From: Blasia pusilla | Taxonomy: Eukaryota | NCBI GenBank assembly: GCA_050084515.1 | Contig: CM114271.1 | Location: 2,356,001 to 2,420,000 of the forward strand | DNA: 64,000 bases | Reading direction: 5' to 3' | Shown: positions 12,457-25,718 of the stretch, piece by piece | Position numbering within the stretch: the stretch's first letter is position 1 | How the letters are laid out: each line of letters opens with the position of its first letter | The notes under the pieces: generated by a model | Told to the model about the DNA's origin: nothing | Databases searched by the model: none | Seen by the model: only the letters and a program-made list of their open reading frames with translations | Program-made: the position numbers and the translations under genes

Positions 12457-15400
12457 CGCCCCCCTAGCTGGTGGTTAGGTCCCTCTAACTCCAGATAGCC
12501 ATCTATCCCTACCTACCATGACATACATCTCTCGGACGCTAAGAGCAAGATGGCCGGGTGCTCATGTGGCCCCATCGTTAGTCGCCTTCCTCTCATCCAT
12601 GTCAGAGAAAAATTTGGGATCGAAACCTACCTAGTATCTCCTCTATGTATATCTGGGACACATCCATCGTCCCCGAGGAACCCTAGTGAGAGGTGGCGTC
12701 AGACATGCCATATGCCAACCTCTCGAACAACCATCATAGACTAGCATCGTGGCCGCACCACGGGCAGAACCACACAACATACAACGCAAGCCTGCATGAA
12801 CTACTGCTAAGCTCGGATCCACTGTACCATCAATGTTAGGAAGGTGATATAGTGCACAATTACGCACATGGTCCTTCCATACCATACCATCGCGTCCCTC
12901 CAGCAAGAGAACACCAAATGGCAAAACGTCACGCACTCTCAAGATAGTGCGCACTGCAATCACATCCAACGTCTTCGGTGTTGTCTGCTGCAAGTAGACA
13001 TAATCTCCATGATGAAACCTCCGGATAGTTGGTCGATAACCACCACCCCGAATAGTCGCATACCTCAACGTATCCCGATTCTGCGCAATCGCCAAGTTCT
13101 CGAACGCCATGGGCATCACTCTCCGAAAAAACTCAGCCCTCTGAGAACATGCTTGCATCCATACATCTGGGTCATCAAGGTCCAACACCTCACCAACATC
13201 TCGACGAATGGCCGCAGGTAAATCTGGCTCTCGGCCATAAAGTAGCAAGTACGATGAAAAAGACGCTAAGGATGCCTGCTTGTTGAATCTATATCCCATC
13301 GCCAACCAAGGCAAGTGGAGGTCCCAATCTCCTAGGTGACCTCTTTGTAAGCAATACTTGCGTAAAACCCTCTTCACCGTCTACACAACTCTCTCTCCGC
13401 TAATCCATCCGCCTCGGGATGATCTCGCGAAGTCGTATGATGGTCGATGAGTGCCTGATCACACAAGGCGTGGAACTCACTTAGAAACTCGGTACTTTGG
13501 TTTGTCAACACCTCAGCCGGTGCGCCATAATGACTCAACACTCTATCAAGGAAGGCATAAGCTACTCCCTCACTCGCTTTGTCAGGCAATGCAACCAACT
13601 CGATCCACTTCGAGAAGTGCTCGACCATCACCACCACATAACGACTGTGATTCTCCGTCAAAGGCAAAGGTCCTGCAAAATCCAAACTCCATCTATACCC
13701 TAAGCCCATGATCGGTAATGGATGCAACTGTTGAGTCGGAGCATTGAACGATGCTCGGACCCGATCACACACCATGCACTTGGCAACAAACTGCTGAACG
13801 TCAGTCTGCATGCCTCGCCACCAATATTGAATCTGGAGCAAGTTGTACGTCCGCTTCATCCCAAAGTGACCCAACTCCTCATGGGCATGTTGCACTAGTC
13901 GTGCTCTCTGCGAAGGATGCGGCACTACGCGTACTCTGCCATCCTCCCAATCCCTGAAAACATGTGTCCCCTCCCAACGAAACCGTCTGGCCCGCTGTAG
14001 GATCCAATCCTGCTCTCTAGCATCCACGATGCTCGCAACGCTGCCAGTACGAAGGTACTCCAAGACTACTCCATCATCATGAATATCTCGGCCACTTGTC
14101 GTGTCCTCATTGGCCTCGGGATCCAAGGACTCTCCACTAGACCTCGCCATCGAAGTCTCCACACTCTGGCTCTCCATATCCAACATGCCTAAATAGGCTG
14201 ACGCGTGCCATCTTGGCACCGACTTGGGGAAAGCTCTCTCCATGCCATCGAGCTCCAGTTGCATCTCGCTGACTCGGGCATGGGTTACGACTCAACCCAT
14301 CTGCATCCTGGTTGAGCATCCTATGTACCACCTAAAAATCATACTCCTGCAACAACAGAGCCCATCTTGCAAGCTTCCGTGTAAGCTTGTCGGACTCCAT
14401 CAACCACTTCAGTGGTTGATGATCAATGATGATGGTAAAGGGGTTGCCCAATAAGTAACACTTGAAATGCGCGACAGCCCACACCGTAGCCAAGCACTCA
14501 CCCTCATACGAGTTGTACTTCACCTCTGCAGCGTTGTTCGAGCGGCTAGCATAAGCCATCACGAACTCTCTACCCTCATCATCTTGCTGGGTGAGCACCG
14601 CTCCAAGCCCCAACATGCTCCAATCTGTGTGCAACTGGAAAGGATGCCCCCTGATCGGTCTCTTGAAGATGGGCACGGACGTCAACCTGTCCTTGAGCAA
14701 TTCAAATGCTCGCTCTTGCTCATCCCCCCAGTGCCACTCGTGATCCCCTTGGTCAGCAGCTTCGCAATCGAATTGAATCCCTTGACGTATCGCCGATAGA
14801 AGTTTGCCAATCCGATGAATGCACGAACACGGCTCACATTTGTAGGGCGTGGAATGCGTGAGATAGCCTCTACCTTCGACAGCTGAACACCAAGGCCCCT
14901 TGGGTATATCGTATGACCCAAATACTCAATCTGGTCGTAGAAGAACTTGCACTTGCCTGGATGTAGCTTCAGCCCATGTAATTGCAATCGTCGAAACACC
15001 TCCTCTAGATGTCGCTCATGCTCCTCAACCGTGGCGCTAAAGACTACGATGTCATCAATATAACACCTAGCAAAATCCAAACCAGCCAAGATCCTATCCA
15101 TGACCCTCTGAAACTCAGCCGGGGCGTTCTTTAACCCAAATGGTAAGAACCGCCACTGGTACAAACAATCCTTCCCGTCAGGATCGATGCCCCAAAATGC
15201 CGTCTTCTGCCTGTCCTCCAATCTGATAGGCAACTGATGGTATCCGGCTCGCAAATCCAATGAAGTGAAGACCTTTGCATGACCAATCGCATCAAAGATC
15301 TTCTCAGGGATGGGCATGGCATACCTATTGGACTTTGTCTGCCGATTGATAGGTCGGTAATCCCCACACATCCGCCTATCCGTCCAGTTGCCATGCACAT

Positions 15401-16031
15401 CCTTCTTGGCGAGCATGACAGTGGCAGATGCATACTTCCCATGCGACATCTCCACTAGTCCTGCTCCAACCAAGTCCTGGCTCCTACTCTGAATCAAAGC
15501 CCTCTCCATATCATTGTACCTGTAGGGTCGTCGGAAGATGGGCGTATCACTCGACAACTCAATGCGGATCCCCGGTCCCTTCAGCGTACCCAAATCCTCC
15601 ATGCTAAACGCAAAGCAGCTCCTATAACTCGTGAGGAACTGATGTATCTGGCGCCGCTCTCCTCCTATCAACTTAGGGCCCATATCTGGCTCCCAAGTCT
15701 CCATCGTGACTACGTTAGGACTCTCCGGCGTGGGTATCGGTGGTTGCTATGGTGCAACCCCGTCTCAAACTACAACACTCGGCCGCTCTCCGCAAGCCAA
15801 CTACAAACTCTGATCTCCTCCAAGTACAGTGCCCAAAACCACGCTCGATGCTCTGGCTATCATCTCCTTGCGTACCTGCAAAATATCCCAAGAAGTCCAA
15901 AGGTGTCTCTCTTGATCTCCCCTGGTGCGTAGATCTCCTCGGGTCTCGCCCCCAGCCACTGCCTCCACCGTCTCAGTAGGCATGGGGCTCACCAACGCAA
16001 CCGCTGTGATCTGTCGCGATCTCATCCAACG

Positions 16032-16990
16032 CTACTCAGCCACTCCCAAGCTGAAGATCCATGTCAAGCAGTTATGGTCCATCACCTGACCCAAGACATG
16101 GCGTCGTGATGCCTCGTCATCGACGGGATTGCCGCTCACTCGGGAAATCCCATCGCCCGCTCTCTCGTCGTTGGGCTCCACCAACCCTCGAACCTGGTCA
16201 TCCCAAACCAAGCCAGGACCGGCCTCCTTGTATGCATAGGAAGCGGGAAAACTCACAAACGTGGGAAAGGCTGCCCGCGACCTGCCTATCCTGTTGACCA
16301 CAGTCAACGGTGGTCGATCATCGTGCCTCACTGCTTGTGATTGACGACCTGGATCTAGAATGGAATCCACTAACAAATGGGAGGGGTGCTCCACTCTCGC
16401 ATACGCCCTCCGTAACACCGCATGGGGCACAAAGTTGGTCCACCATAGACGCAGGCGATGGGCTCTAGAACCTACACTCGGCGCATCCAAGAACACTGGA
16501 GGGCTGATCCAGGCACGCACCTGATGAGCACTCGTCACCACCCGTGACCTGGAGTCTCCTAAGATCGGCACATTCTCCAGAATGTAGGCTGGAGAACGAG
16601 ACTGGTGCTCTTGCAACTTCCGTAAGACCCTCAACATCTCCCAAAACAATCTGGACCGAGTGCCCGCTACCTCGTCCAGCACTCGATTGGCCTTGACGTG
16701 GCCAACCGGCAATGACCAAATCAATGGTCCCTACCTGCTCTAAGTCCTGCGCCCCCAACAAGGAAATATCCCTAGGTAGGGAACTGTGGTACCCCTATAC
16801 CGCGGACGCAGACAATAAGTCGAGAAAACGGAGGCATAACTGCGCCACATGTCATAGTGAGACGCGCCTCAAAACATCATCACTCTCCACATGCAGGTAC
16901 TATTGTACTCGCACTCCTGCCTGCAAAACATCAGCTAACCCGATGCTAATCCCTCCAAAGAGATCTAACACTCGAATACCCTCCTCCGGG
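16032..16990 (-). pseudogene. C5-cytosine DNA methyltransferase domain (DNMT3/DRM-like) in element A
   Basis: Motif I IRVLDLFGGIS, motif IV IDLVIAGWPRQG (catalytic C changed to R), VI YILENV, VIII HRLRLWWTN, X RRHVLGQVMD; frameshifted. Confidence 0.88.
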
Positions 16991-18714
16991 ATACACCACA
17001 CAATGGGTGTGGTATCCAAGGGTGTCATCGTAGCACTCCCTGCTACCTCGGGTTCCTCATACCCATCCCGCTCCGGTGCAAACGCCTCGCTCCACGCGGT
17101 CTGCACGTTCTCATCTGCCAATCGTCGAAGCTTCTCAGTCGAGCCCCACAGCGGCACCTCTCCTCCACGAAATGATGTGGCTACCATAACACTCCTCTCC
17201 ATAGAAATGTCAGGAACGGGAGTATCCTCTGCATGGACATGTCCCTCAATCAAATCACTAGGCCAAGTGATGGCAATGCTAAATGCTGCTAAGGTCGCCA
17301 TCTCTCCTGGCCGTTGCTCAATCACTGCACCTGTGAATCGAACGGGTAATGAGCTAAGGCGCCCATCACCGATCGCCATCCTGGTCTCAGAGGGGCCGAC
17401 TCCTCCCAGTAATCCAGGGAAAACCCCATCGGGTATAATATTGCTCCACCAACCAAGACGTCGTAGGACTCTACATCTGTTACTATCGCCTTGGCGTGCA
17501 CCACGGACTCATCTGTAGGATGTCCCGGGCGAATCCTCACCACGACCTCTTGTCGGGTGATATATTGTGTGGTACTCGCTCCACCCAAGAATGTTTGTAT
17601 CCGGAATGGAAAACGCTCCACATCGGCTCTCGTCAAGCCCAATCCTCTGAATGACGCTTTCCCCAACATCAGGGGTTGCGCTCCTGAATCCAACAAGACG
17701 CGCTGCGGACTAAAAGCTCTACCTCCATGACTCACCAACTGGAAGACCCCTCCTTGGTTATCCAGCAGCACAATGCCAGGAGAAGCCATGGCACGCTTTA
17801 TCGCAGGTCTAGCGGGCATCTCCGCCATCCTAGCAACCGCAACCTGCCATGAATCTGACGTGGACGGTCCGAGCATCCGCTCCAAGGGCAGGTCCATCAC
17901 CTCCTCTGCAATCACCTATGAACGTGATGCAGGAACTCCAACTCCGCGCTCATATAGCAAAGCGGCCAGCCGAAAAGCCTCGGCGGGCGTACCCCCCAAT
18001 GTCATAACATCGGAAGCAGAATAAAGGAGTGCGGTACACAACAGTGGCCGCCCCCAACAATATGCTCGACACATGCCCCTCTTGAGCATCAACAATAGGA
18101 GTCGTCGCACTCGCTTCTCCCATCGCCCTCCGTGCCTGCACACCAACAACATCACCAACTCTCAAGGAACTTTGATGAGGACCCATCGATGGGGTCCTCA
18201 TCCTTCGAACAAGGTGAAAGATTGAGGAAGCCTAGTCTGTTTTCTGGCTTCCCCTCGTTGTGGATCCAACTCTACGGCTGCTCCACTTGTCACAATTGCG
18301 GCGGCCTCCATCTGGGCAACCCCGCACATCCAACCAGGATCCTCCAGATCTTTGGCTGCTCCATATGATGTCGATGCCACGGATCCGGCATCGGGTAACC
18401 TCAATGCCATAGCGGAAATCTGCTCCTGTAGCTGCTATATCTAAGCAGCCATCCCAACCTCACGTCCGGCGTCTCCCTCGGCGCGTCTAGGTGGTGGTAC
18501 TCTACCTCCTCCATGGGCAGCTCCACCACCCTATCGGGCAACTCCAGCTCCTCGTCCCCCAACTGGACCACCTGGTGCATGATCTCTAGGCCCACCCGGA
18601 TCGGCTACTCGCTCTGGTGCCATCTCTGGCCCTCGGTCCGGACGTAACTCAGGATGTAAACTGAAGCACCTGGCGCGTGTATGACCATACCTCTGAAAAT
18701 AGTCACACTGATAA

Positions 18715-19713
18715 TGTCGCGACCCTCATGACCAAACAAGTGCCAAGCGGAACATCGGAACATTAGCGGGCTCACGCTAAAATGGTTTGCGCGTTGGAGT
18801 AGTCTCAAAGAGGAGATAAGAGACGAGACGCGAGCGAGGAGTTGCGTTTCAGATGTTATGGTAGCGACTGAGAAACCTGGACCAAATGCGGAATGAGACT
18901 TGAAAGAAGTCGAGTCTAGGAGGTGGGTTGCCAAAGGAAAGATCCGGATTTGGAACGCCCCTAGCGTTTGAGAGTTTCCGACTGTATTTATGGCCATAAC
19001 TTTTAGTGCCAAGATGCGTTTGGATCAAATAAGGGTGCGTTGGAAAGCTTATAGAGAGCCGGTCCAAACGCACAAAGATCGCTGCAAACGAAGAAGCAGC
19101 AGCTGAGAAAAAACCCAAAAACGACTGTAAGTGGAGTCGGGTTGAGGGCCACAATGAGGGGCCCGACCCTCCTTTTCCAAAGGGGGGTTATTGGAGAACC
19201 CCATAAGTACTAGTAAGGGGGAAGGTCTCCGAGAGTGCTTGGAACCCAAACCCCACTTTGGGCGCCGCGGGGCGGCTCAAGGGCATGGAACGGAACGCGA
19301 GTTTGGGGGTTGGGTTGGAAAACCTGCACCAAGTCCATTGAGGCGATTTTAGACATCCCTCTTGGATTTCACGTCGTGACTCAGTTACTTGGGTCTCGGT
19401 TCGGAACTCATCCGAGGACCGTTGAACAGTTGGGATCGCTAGGCGCGCAAGTGCCGTTTCAGATTCCTGGACTAACCAGGAAGTCTGTTCCAAGTCTTGA
19501 AGGACTTGCCATGTTTTGGAAACTAGGAACTAAGGAAGGTTGAGCTTGATGAGATGCCGAGTTGAGGACTCGGTGGGTTGGAACGCTGGTTGGCTCAGAC
19601 CTGACTAACGAGAGTGCGTGTTTGGGTGCAGACCGGTGATGAGTTCGTGACCTACTGAACGTACGCTTCCGCAACACTAAAGATTGACGTTCAAGGAGAG
19701 TAGGGGCGCGACA
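18715..19713. mobile_element. Solo LTR (family E, ~1 kb) inserted in the gag of element A
   Basis: TGTCGCG...CGCGACA termini, 5-bp TSD GATAA (18710-18714 and 19714-19718), homologous over its length to 40412-41399; host sequence resumes across it. Confidence 0.9.
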
Positions 19714-20418
19714 GATAACCTCCTGGTGCAGCACCATCTCCTCCTCCATGCTGAGGCACACGTCCATGACCCTGACGAGTACAATTGCGCTAATGATGGG
19801 CTCCACCACATGACCAACAAGTAATAATAGGCGGCTGCTGTTGAGCCGCATATGAAGTCGCAGGTCTCTGTACCACGGGCTCCCGGTATCCTCCCTAAGC
19901 TCGTGGTGCCACAGTCGACCTATCTCAAAGTCCACATTGTTGCACATGTGGCGCAGCCAATCGCGACTGCTCTCGCCTAGAACCCATGGTGGCTACGCTC
20001 TCCTCCGCCATATTGCGCTCAATGTTCTCGGCGGTCCTAAAAACATCTCTCAACTTCGGGGAGGTGGTCATAAGAAGCACCCCCTCCTGCACCCGTGGTT
20101 GTAGGGTCTGGTCCAGCATCGCGTACCATAACTGGATAGCCTGAGCCTCTGTCACCCCCTGAGTGACGTTGATCAACCGGCGCAAGCGAGTGTAAGCCTC
20201 ACGTAAACTTTCACCTGGGCGCCTCTAGAAGTTGTGGATGCTCGCAACTTCTCCGTCCGTACCCCCTGGTAGCTCGCCCTCAACTCAGCAAAGAACTCAA
20301 CCACGGGGTTGAACTTGGGACAAACCCGACTAGATGGTGCAACTGCTCCAATGCGAGTGACCCCTCCCAAAATATCACTTTTGGAAGAGGAAGTAGCCTC
20401 TCCTGACTCCTCCTCTTC

Positions 20419-20540
20419 CATAAAGAGGTTTAAACATAGGAATTTCCTTTTCCTAAGCCAATTTACTTAATTCTAATAAAACTCTATCTAACACTTAATG
20501 AGGAAGGAGTTTACACACTAGTTGATTTTACTACACGACA
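20419..20540 (-). repeat. Fragment of a family C LTR terminus
   Basis: Matches ~57467-57588 (...ttacacactRgttgattttactaYacgaca). Confidence 0.85.
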
Positions 20541-23500
20541 GCGTAGCCACCATGAGTCCTGGGCGAGAGCAGTCAAGATTGTCTCCACCACCTGTGCGAC
20601 AACGTGGACTCCAAGATAGGTTGACTATGGCACCATGAGCTCAGGGAGGATACCGTGAGGCCGTGCCACAGAGACCTGCGCCTTCATATGCGGCTCAACA
20701 ACAGCCTCCTATTATAACTTGTTGGTCATGTGGTGGAGCCCATCATTAGCGTGTTTGCACTTGTCAGGGTCATGGACGTGTGCCTCAGCATGGAGGAGGA
20801 GATGGTATTCCACCAAGAGGTTATCGTTGTGACTATTGTTAGAGGTATGGTCATACATGCGCCAGGTGTTTCAGTTTATATCTTGAGTTACGTCCAGACC
20901 GAGGGCAAGAGAGGGCACTAGAGCCAGTAGCCGGTCCGGGTGGACCTAGAGATTGTGCACCAAGTGGTCCCATTGGGGGACGAGGAGCTGGAGTTTCCTG
21001 ACATGGTGGTAGAGCTGCCCGTGGAGAAGGTAGAGTCCTACCACCTAGACGCATCGAGGGAGATGTCGAGCGTGAGGCTAGGATGGTTGCTCAGATACAT
21101 CATCTACAGGAGCAGATTTCCGCTATGGCATTGAGATAACCCGATGCCGGATCCGTGGCATCGACATCATATGGAGTAGCCAGAGATATGGAGGATCCTG
21201 GTTGGATGTGCGGAGTCGCCCAAATGGAAGCACTCATAGTTGTGGTGCGTGGAGCAATCGCAAAGTTGGATCCACAATGAGGGGAAGCCAGGAAACAGAC
21301 TAGGCTTCCTTAGTCTTTCATGTTGTCCGAGACGATGAGGACCCCATCGATGGGTCCTGATCAGAGTTCCTAGAGAGTTGGTGATGTTGTTGGTGTGCAA
21401 GAACGGAGGGCGATGGGAGAAGCAAGTGCGACAATTCCTATTGTTAATGCTCAAGAGGTGTATGTGTCGAGCACTTTGTTGGGGGCAGCCACCATTGTGT
21501 ACCGCACTCCTTTATTTTCTGCTTTCGATGTTATGACGTTGGGGGGTACGCCCGCCGAGGCTTTTTGGCTGGCCGCTTCACTATGTGAGCGCGGAGATGC
21601 CCACTAGACCTGCGATAGAGCATGCCATGGCTTCTCCTGGTATTGTGTTGCTGAATAACCGAGGAGAGGTCTTCCAGTTGGTGAGTCCTGGAGGTAGAGC
21701 TTTTAGTCCGCATCGCGTCTTGTTGGATTCAGGAGCGCAACCTCTGATGTTGGGGAAAGCGTCATTCATAGGATTGGGCTTGACGAGAGCCGATGTGGAG
21801 CGTTGTCCATTCCGGATACAAACATCTTTGGGTGGAGCGAGTACCACAAAGTATATCACCCAGCACGAGGTCGTGGTGAGGATTCGCTCAGGACATCCTT
21901 TAGATGAGTCCATGGTGCGAGCCAAGGCGATAGTGACTGATGTAGAGTCCTATGACGTCTTGGTTGGTGGAGCAATGTTATACCCGATGGGGTTTTCCCT
22001 AGATTATAGGGAGGAGTCAGCGTCCTACACACCAGGATGGTAGTCAGGTGATGGGCGCCTTAACTCATTACCCTTTCGATCCACAGGTGCATTGATCGAG
22101 CGATGGCTAGGAGATGGCGACCTTAGCAGCATTTAGTAGTGCCATCACTTGGCCTAGTGATTTGATTGAGGGACATGTCCATGCAGAGGATACTCCCATT
22201 CCTGACATTTCTATGGAGAGGAGTGTTATGGTAGCCACATCATTTCGTGGAGGAGAGGTGCCGCTGTGGGGCGCGAATGAGGAGCTTTGACGATTGGCAG
22301 ATGAGCATGTGCACACCGCGTGGAGCGAGGCATTTGCACCAAAGCGTGACGGGTCTAAGAATCTGAGGTACCCGGGAGTGCTACGATGACACCCTTGGAT
22401 ACCACACCCATTGTGTGGTGTACCCCAGAGGTGGGTATTCTAGTGTTAGATCTCTTTGGAGAGATTAGCACCGGGTTAGCTGCTGTTTTGCAGGTATGAG
22501 TGCGAGTACATCAGTACTTGTATGTGGAGAGTGATGATGTTGCAAGGCACATCTCACTACGATATGTGGCGTAGTTACGCCTACATTTTCCCAACTTATT
22601 GTCTGCGTCCGTGGTACACGGGTACTAGAGTTCCCTACCGAGGGATATTTCGTTGTTGGGGGCGCAGGACTTAGAGCAGGTAGGGACCATTGATTTGGTC
22701 AGTTTTGGTTGGCCATATCAGGGCCAATCAAGTGTTGGACAAGGCAGCGGGTTGGCTGACACTCGGTCTAGGTTGTTTTGGGAGATGTTGAGGGTCTTAC
22801 GGCAGTTGCAGAAGCACCAGTCTCGTTCTCCAACCTACATTCTGGAGAATGTGCAGATCTTAGGAGACTCCAGGTCACGGATGGTGACGAGTGCTCATCA
22901 GGTGCGTGCCTGGATCGGCCCAGCAGTGTTCTTGGATGCGGCAAGTGTAGGTTCTAGAGCACATTGCCCGCGTTTATGGTGGACCAACTTGGTGCCCCAT
23001 GCGGCGTTACAAAGGGCGTATGCGAGAGTGGAGCGCCCCTCCCATTTGTTAGTGGATTCCATTCTGGATCCAGGTCATCGATCAGAGGCAGTGAGGCACG
23101 ATGATCGACCACCCTTGACTTTGGTCAATAAGGTAGGCAGGCCGCGGGCTGCCTTGTCCATATTTGTGAGTTTTCCCACTTCTTATGCATACAAGGAGGG
23201 CGGTCGTGGCTTGGTTTGGGATGACCAGGTTCAGCGGTTGGTGGAGCCCAACGTTGACGAGAGAGAGCAAGCGATGGGATTTCCCATAGGAGTGACGGCA
23301 ACACCGTCAGTGTCAGAGGCATCACGACGCCATGTCTTGGGTCAGGCGATGGACCTGAACTTCTTGACATGGATCCTCAACTTGGGAGTGGCTGAGCGGC
23401 GTCGTATGAGATCGCGACAGATCACAACGATTGCGACAGATCATAGCGGTGAGCCCCATGCCTACCGAGACAGTAGAGGCAGTGGTTGGGGGCAAGACCC

Positions 23501-23595
23501 GAGGAGATTGGGAGAGACACCCTTGGACTTCTTGGGATGTTTTGCAAGTACGCCAGGAAATGATAGCCACAGCATCGAGCATGGTTCCGGGCACT
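20541..23595 (+). mobile_element. Gypsy element A' (family A fragment: gag end, PR, C5 MTase), inverted relative to A and cut off by element F
   Basis: Reverse complement of ~15820-19996 without the solo LTR; VLLDSGAQ in ORF 21585-22043; MTase ORF 22653-23645. Confidence 0.9.
22430..23400 (+). pseudogene. C5-cytosine DNA methyltransferase domain in element A'
   Basis: VLDLFGEIS (I), IDLVSFGWPYQG (IV, C changed to Y), YILENV (VI), PRLWWTN (VIII), EREQAMGF (IX), RRHVLGQAMD (X). Confidence 0.88.
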
Positions 23596-24754
23596 GGGGG
23601 CTGGTATTCACGCACGAGAGAAAAAGAGAGGAGAGTCTCTCTTAAAAAAAAAGGGCCAAATCCGCCTCCTCTCTTCAAAACTTTTTGACATATTTGAAAG
23701 TTTTGTTTGCTTTCAAATTCATGAAATCTTTAGAAGAGAGTAGGTAGTGGTCGACATTCAGGCCTAAAGAAACCTCCTTTTTCTAGGGGGAGAAAAACAA
23801 GTAGACATCATAAGACCACACCAAACATTTTTCCATCACTCTCCTTGTGAGCCTAAGTTTCTTCACATTGCATGTCTTAGTCTACAGTAAGTTGTGCCCA
23901 GGGGTATTTTTTTTGGAGGACCATTGGCAAATAATTTGACCAGAAGTAGCAATCTCATCTCAATGAAAGGTTCAAATAAAGACTCTAACGATGGTCTCAA
24001 CAGACTACGGTGCTTTTCAAGGTTTAACTTCTCGGAATATTTGGTTGACATTATGGATTGACATCTCTTCTTGCAAAAGAAAGGCACAAGGAAATGCCTG
24101 TAAATGATTGTTGACTCTTCTTGCAGAAGGCATCAATACTCATCATACCACACAGTACCAAAATGAGAATTGTTGAGCTTCCCCCATTCCCAAGTATCTC
24201 TGAAGTGTTAATGTGTCATGAGACCTCACTCAGATGCGCATCAGGTATGATGCCAACCTCTCTTTTCGCAGGGATTGTTGCATGCATCATGGCCTCCCTT
24301 GAATTGCCCCATAATGAATTATGTCTGCTCCAGACCAACTTTGTGAAAGGTAAACACACGAGATGATAATTGAACCAAAAGATTGCTAGTTGTCTTGAGT
24401 AAAGAGGAACTGATGTCCCTTCATTCAGATCTTAAATCTGAGAAACTGAGAAGCTGCACCCCCCCCCCAACTCGTCGGAATTTTACAGGTTGCAACTCTT
24501 GCAACCCGTCGGAATCAGATGGCTTGCACCCCTTGCAAGAAAGCTCACCATAACCAAGGAAAGATTTTGAGAAGTGATTCCATTCCATCCTGCACCCACG
24601 AAAATCCAACAGGTTGGGAATCCGTATGGCAATCCTGCAAGTAGTAGGAATCCAGCACGTCTTAGAGAAGTAAAGAAGCCTACGACTGGTTTGACAATAC
24701 TAGGGGAACGAGCCAAAAGTGAAGAAGCCCGCCACAATGCCTCAAAAGTTGGTC

Positions 24755-25665
24755 TCAGAGGGAAAGAGTCTCATCACTCAAGCACCCAACCTGTCGGAAT
24801 CCGACATCTTGCCTGGAAATGGTTCAAAAGTTACAGTGGTCAAAAAGTGAAATGTTGCAACCCGTCGGAATCCAACAGGTTGCAAAATAAACATTCTAAG
24901 TAGCTAGACGAACATAATCGACTAGTCCAAAAAAAATATTCAACATTTTGTAACAAACGCCTTTATCGTTTGAAAAAATCTTGTCCTTTATTACATCCGA
25001 AGGAAGCTCGGAAAAGTACCATTGATCTAGTCTATGATTTCTTCAGCCTCGTCATCTACAAATTTACTCCTAACTCTCCTAGGTTCCTATACAAAAGGAA
25101 TGTCATGGGATACAAGTGGCTCCTCTGGCCGATTGTAGATGAAAAATGTTGGCGAATTCGAGAGCCTTGCCCCCCCCCTAGGTACACCATAACGGTCCCA
25201 TGTAACCTGATTTGAGTCCCACCGCCTTCCTTGGCAGTATATCTTGTACGCTATGCAAGGTGACACCCATCCAATATCAATATGTGCTCCGTCCTTGGAA
25301 ACACCATCATGGCAATCCGACAGGTAAAGAAGCCCGCCAGAATGCCTCTTAAGTTGGACTAACAGGGAAAGAGTCCGATCACTCACGCAGCCAACCTGTC
25401 GGAATCCGACAGGTTTCCTTAAAGTGGCTAAAAAGATGCAGTGGTCAAAAAGCAAAAAGTTGCAACCCGTGGGAATCCGACAGGTTGCAAAATAAACTGT
25501 CGGAGTACATAGACGATCACAATCAACAAGACCAAAAAAGATATTCAACAAACTTTTACCAATACCATCATCGTTCAAAAAAATCTTGTCCTTTATTACA
25601 TCCGAAGGAAGCTCGATATTGTACATTTGATCTACTCTATGAATTTTTCTTCCTCGTCAACAAAT
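24755..25665 (+). repeat. ~300 bp direct duplication inside the left arm of element F (~24760-25060 and ~25365-25660)
   Basis: Both copies run gggaaagagtc...caacctgtcggaatccgac...aaatcttgtcctttattacatccgaaggaagctcg...cctcgtca. Confidence 0.8.
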
Positions 25666-25718
25666 AAATCCCTACTCCAAAACGCTACAGTCAAGCTGGG
25701 TCATTGAGTTCTTTGAAC

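Larger units (their letters stand above)
11682..20400 (-). mobile_element. Gypsy element A (gag-PR-C5 DNA MTase-RT-RH-INT-PHD), degenerate, 5' end lost
   Basis: Gag remnant ~19720-20350 and 18600-18714 (zinc-knuckle region split by a solo LTR); protease VLLDSGAQ (17322-17915); MTase 16032-16990; RT LDLRAGYHQ/LPFGLKNAP/YIDD (14682-15704); RNase H LHTDWS (14332-14700); integrase HEELGH-CxxC, SLDFAGP (13374-14264); C-terminal PHD (12643-12790). Confidence 0.93.

Noticed and set aside
16712-17518. Long antisense ORFs over retroelement pol (e.g. 268 aa here, also 44845-45369 and 48977-49462)
   Set aside because: Shadow frames of GC-rich coding or leader sequence; not conserved as ORFs between copies.
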